This document shows positions 62,892 to 64,000 of a DNA stretch of 64,000 nt, piece by piece. Position 1 is the first letter of the stretch; the number at the start of each line of letters is the position of its first letter. Made by a program: the position numbers and the translations under genes. This DNA comes from a phage: the sequence record PZ154897.1. One strand, written 5' to 3'. The notes below the pieces were generated by a model. The model saw only the letters and a list, made by a program, of their open reading frames with translations, was not told where the DNA came from and ran no database searches.

Positions 62892-63622
62892 TCACCGTTA
62901 TAATCTTTTTTCATAATATGAGTTTCGCCAGTATTCCACCAATGATCAACCAAGTAAAAATGACGAGAATATACATGAAGACTTCCAACATTCCATATAA
63001 TAGAACCTGCTTTATACTGACGAGTTGAATCGCCTGCATTCAAATCAGATACTAATTTATCTAATACGTATTTTTGCCATGCATAATCATTACGGAATCC
63101 GAAGACCACGTCATTTGAGCGCATGCTTACTACTGCATTGACTTTCTTATCACGAATCAGGTACTGTACTGTATTAGTACACATGAAATCTGACATGCCA
63201 TCTTTATTGTAGTCAAACTGCATAGATGGACGAGTATAAATCATGATACCACGTCGAGAATCAGGATTTTGACCAAGTTCAGCTAAACACATGTCATATT
63301 GAGCATAGTTATCTTCTGACCAGATAGCCCAACCATAATTCGAGTTAATTTCACCTTTAGAAGATGCTACCTGTTGCCAAATCTTTGGTGTTTCACCTGG
63401 AATATCTTTAACAAACAGACTTTGAGACTTGTACCATTCAAGTTCACGCTGAATGTATTCATCATTAAGAGCGCCAAAAATAAACGGTTCATCTGCTACA
63501 AATGATGCGCCAATAATTTCAATAGTTTTAACACCAGTTTTATCAACTACGAAATCTTTTTCCTTTAATGCAGTTCCCAAATGAAGACGGATTTCTTCAA
63601 CTGTCATAGAGTCACTAATCAT
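62882..63622 (-). CDS. 42: dCMP hydroxymethylase gp42 (246 aa)
   Basis: thymidylate-synthase-like fold, 246 aa as in T4. Confidence 0.95.
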   Translation of the reverse strand: MISDSMTVEEIRLHLGTALKEKDFVVDKTGVKTIEIIGASFVADEPFIFGALNDEYIQRELEWYKSQSLFVKDIPGETPKIWQQVASSKGEINSNYGWAIWSEDNYAQYDMCLAELGQNPDSRRGIMIYTRPSMQFDYNKDGMSDFMCTNTVQYLIRDKKVNAVVSMRSNDVVFGFRNDYAWQKYVLDKLVSDLNAGDSTRQYKAGSIIWNVGSLHVYSRHFYLVDHWWNTGETHIMKKDYNGEWK

Positions 63623-63629
63623 TTAAACC

Positions 63630-63779
63630 TCAATTGATACATTCATATTTAACTTGTAACAGTAATAAACCCCAACCTAAAATAATAGTTGGAATCATAA
63701 GAGGAACCGTTACACTATAGTATATACTTATTATAATCATCAAGATTAAAAGCAATGCTGATATAATTTTGCTTTTCAT
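63630..63779 (-). CDS. small hydrophobic membrane protein (49 aa)
   Basis: ATG overlaps upstream stop (ATGA). Confidence 0.35.
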   Translation of the reverse strand: MKSKIISALLLILMIIISIYYSVTVPLMIPTIILGWGLLLLQVKYECIN

Positions 63780-63997
63780 TCCTTCTCTCTGATGATAATT
63801 ACCTGATTTGGCTGCGCAGACTTTTTAGTTTCACCTGCAATTGACCAAATAAATGTAATAAACCAACCAATAATTGACCAGTTAAACAGTAAAGATGTGA
63901 AAAAGATTCCTACTGTCGATTTTGACCCACGCATCAAGGCGATAAACCATGGAAGCATGTATATAATAATAGCCAACACGCCTGAAACTAAAACCAC
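63776..63997 (-). CDS. membrane protein (73 aa), Imm-like by position
   Basis: two TM helices; located next to gene 42 where T4 encodes imm. Confidence 0.45.
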   Translation of the reverse strand: MVLVSGVLAIIIYMLPWFIALMRGSKSTVGIFFTSLLFNWSIIGWFITFIWSIAGETKKSAQPNQVIIIREKE

Positions 63998-64000
63998 AAA

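Overview
This window reads as a contiguous segment of a T4-like (Tevenvirinae) coliphage genome; most proteins are near-identical to T4 products as I recall them, and nothing here was searched against a database. Minus strand (right to left): early/middle genes rIII, 31, cd, pseT, spanin pair, alc, rnlA, denA, nrdB, mobE-like HNH, nrdA, td (split by a 262-nt ORF-less group I intron), frd, 32, segG-like GIY-YIG, 59, 33, dsbA, rnh. Plus strand 21.6-31.7 kb: late tail-fiber/lysis block 34, 35, 36, 37, 38, t. Minus strand again: asiA, arn-like, motA, 52, ac, stp, ndd, denB, rIIB, rIIA, intact 39, goF/cef/motB-like, dexA, dda, srd, modA, modB, soc, 56, dam, 61, 41, uvsX, a non-T4-type glycosyltransferase, 42, imm. 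No tRNA, rRNA or CRISPR array seen. I did not find a self-contained novel multi-gene system; what departs from the T4 arrangement as I recall it is: gene 32 has no stop at the T4 position and reads through a promoter-like 31-bp repeat into the next ORF; a 68-aa basic ORF sits between frd and td with overlapping stop/start codons at both ends; the td intron lacks a homing-endonuclease ORF; nrdB is intronless although a mobE-like HNH gene is present; gene 39 is unsplit; the beta-gt locus carries a different, GT-A-like glycosyltransferase; a perfect MotA-type promoter points antisense into modA; and a strongly SD-led plus-strand membrane ORF lies between dam and 61. Many early promoters (GTTTAC -35), late promoters (TATAAATA) and C(UUCG)G hairpins are called by motif only.
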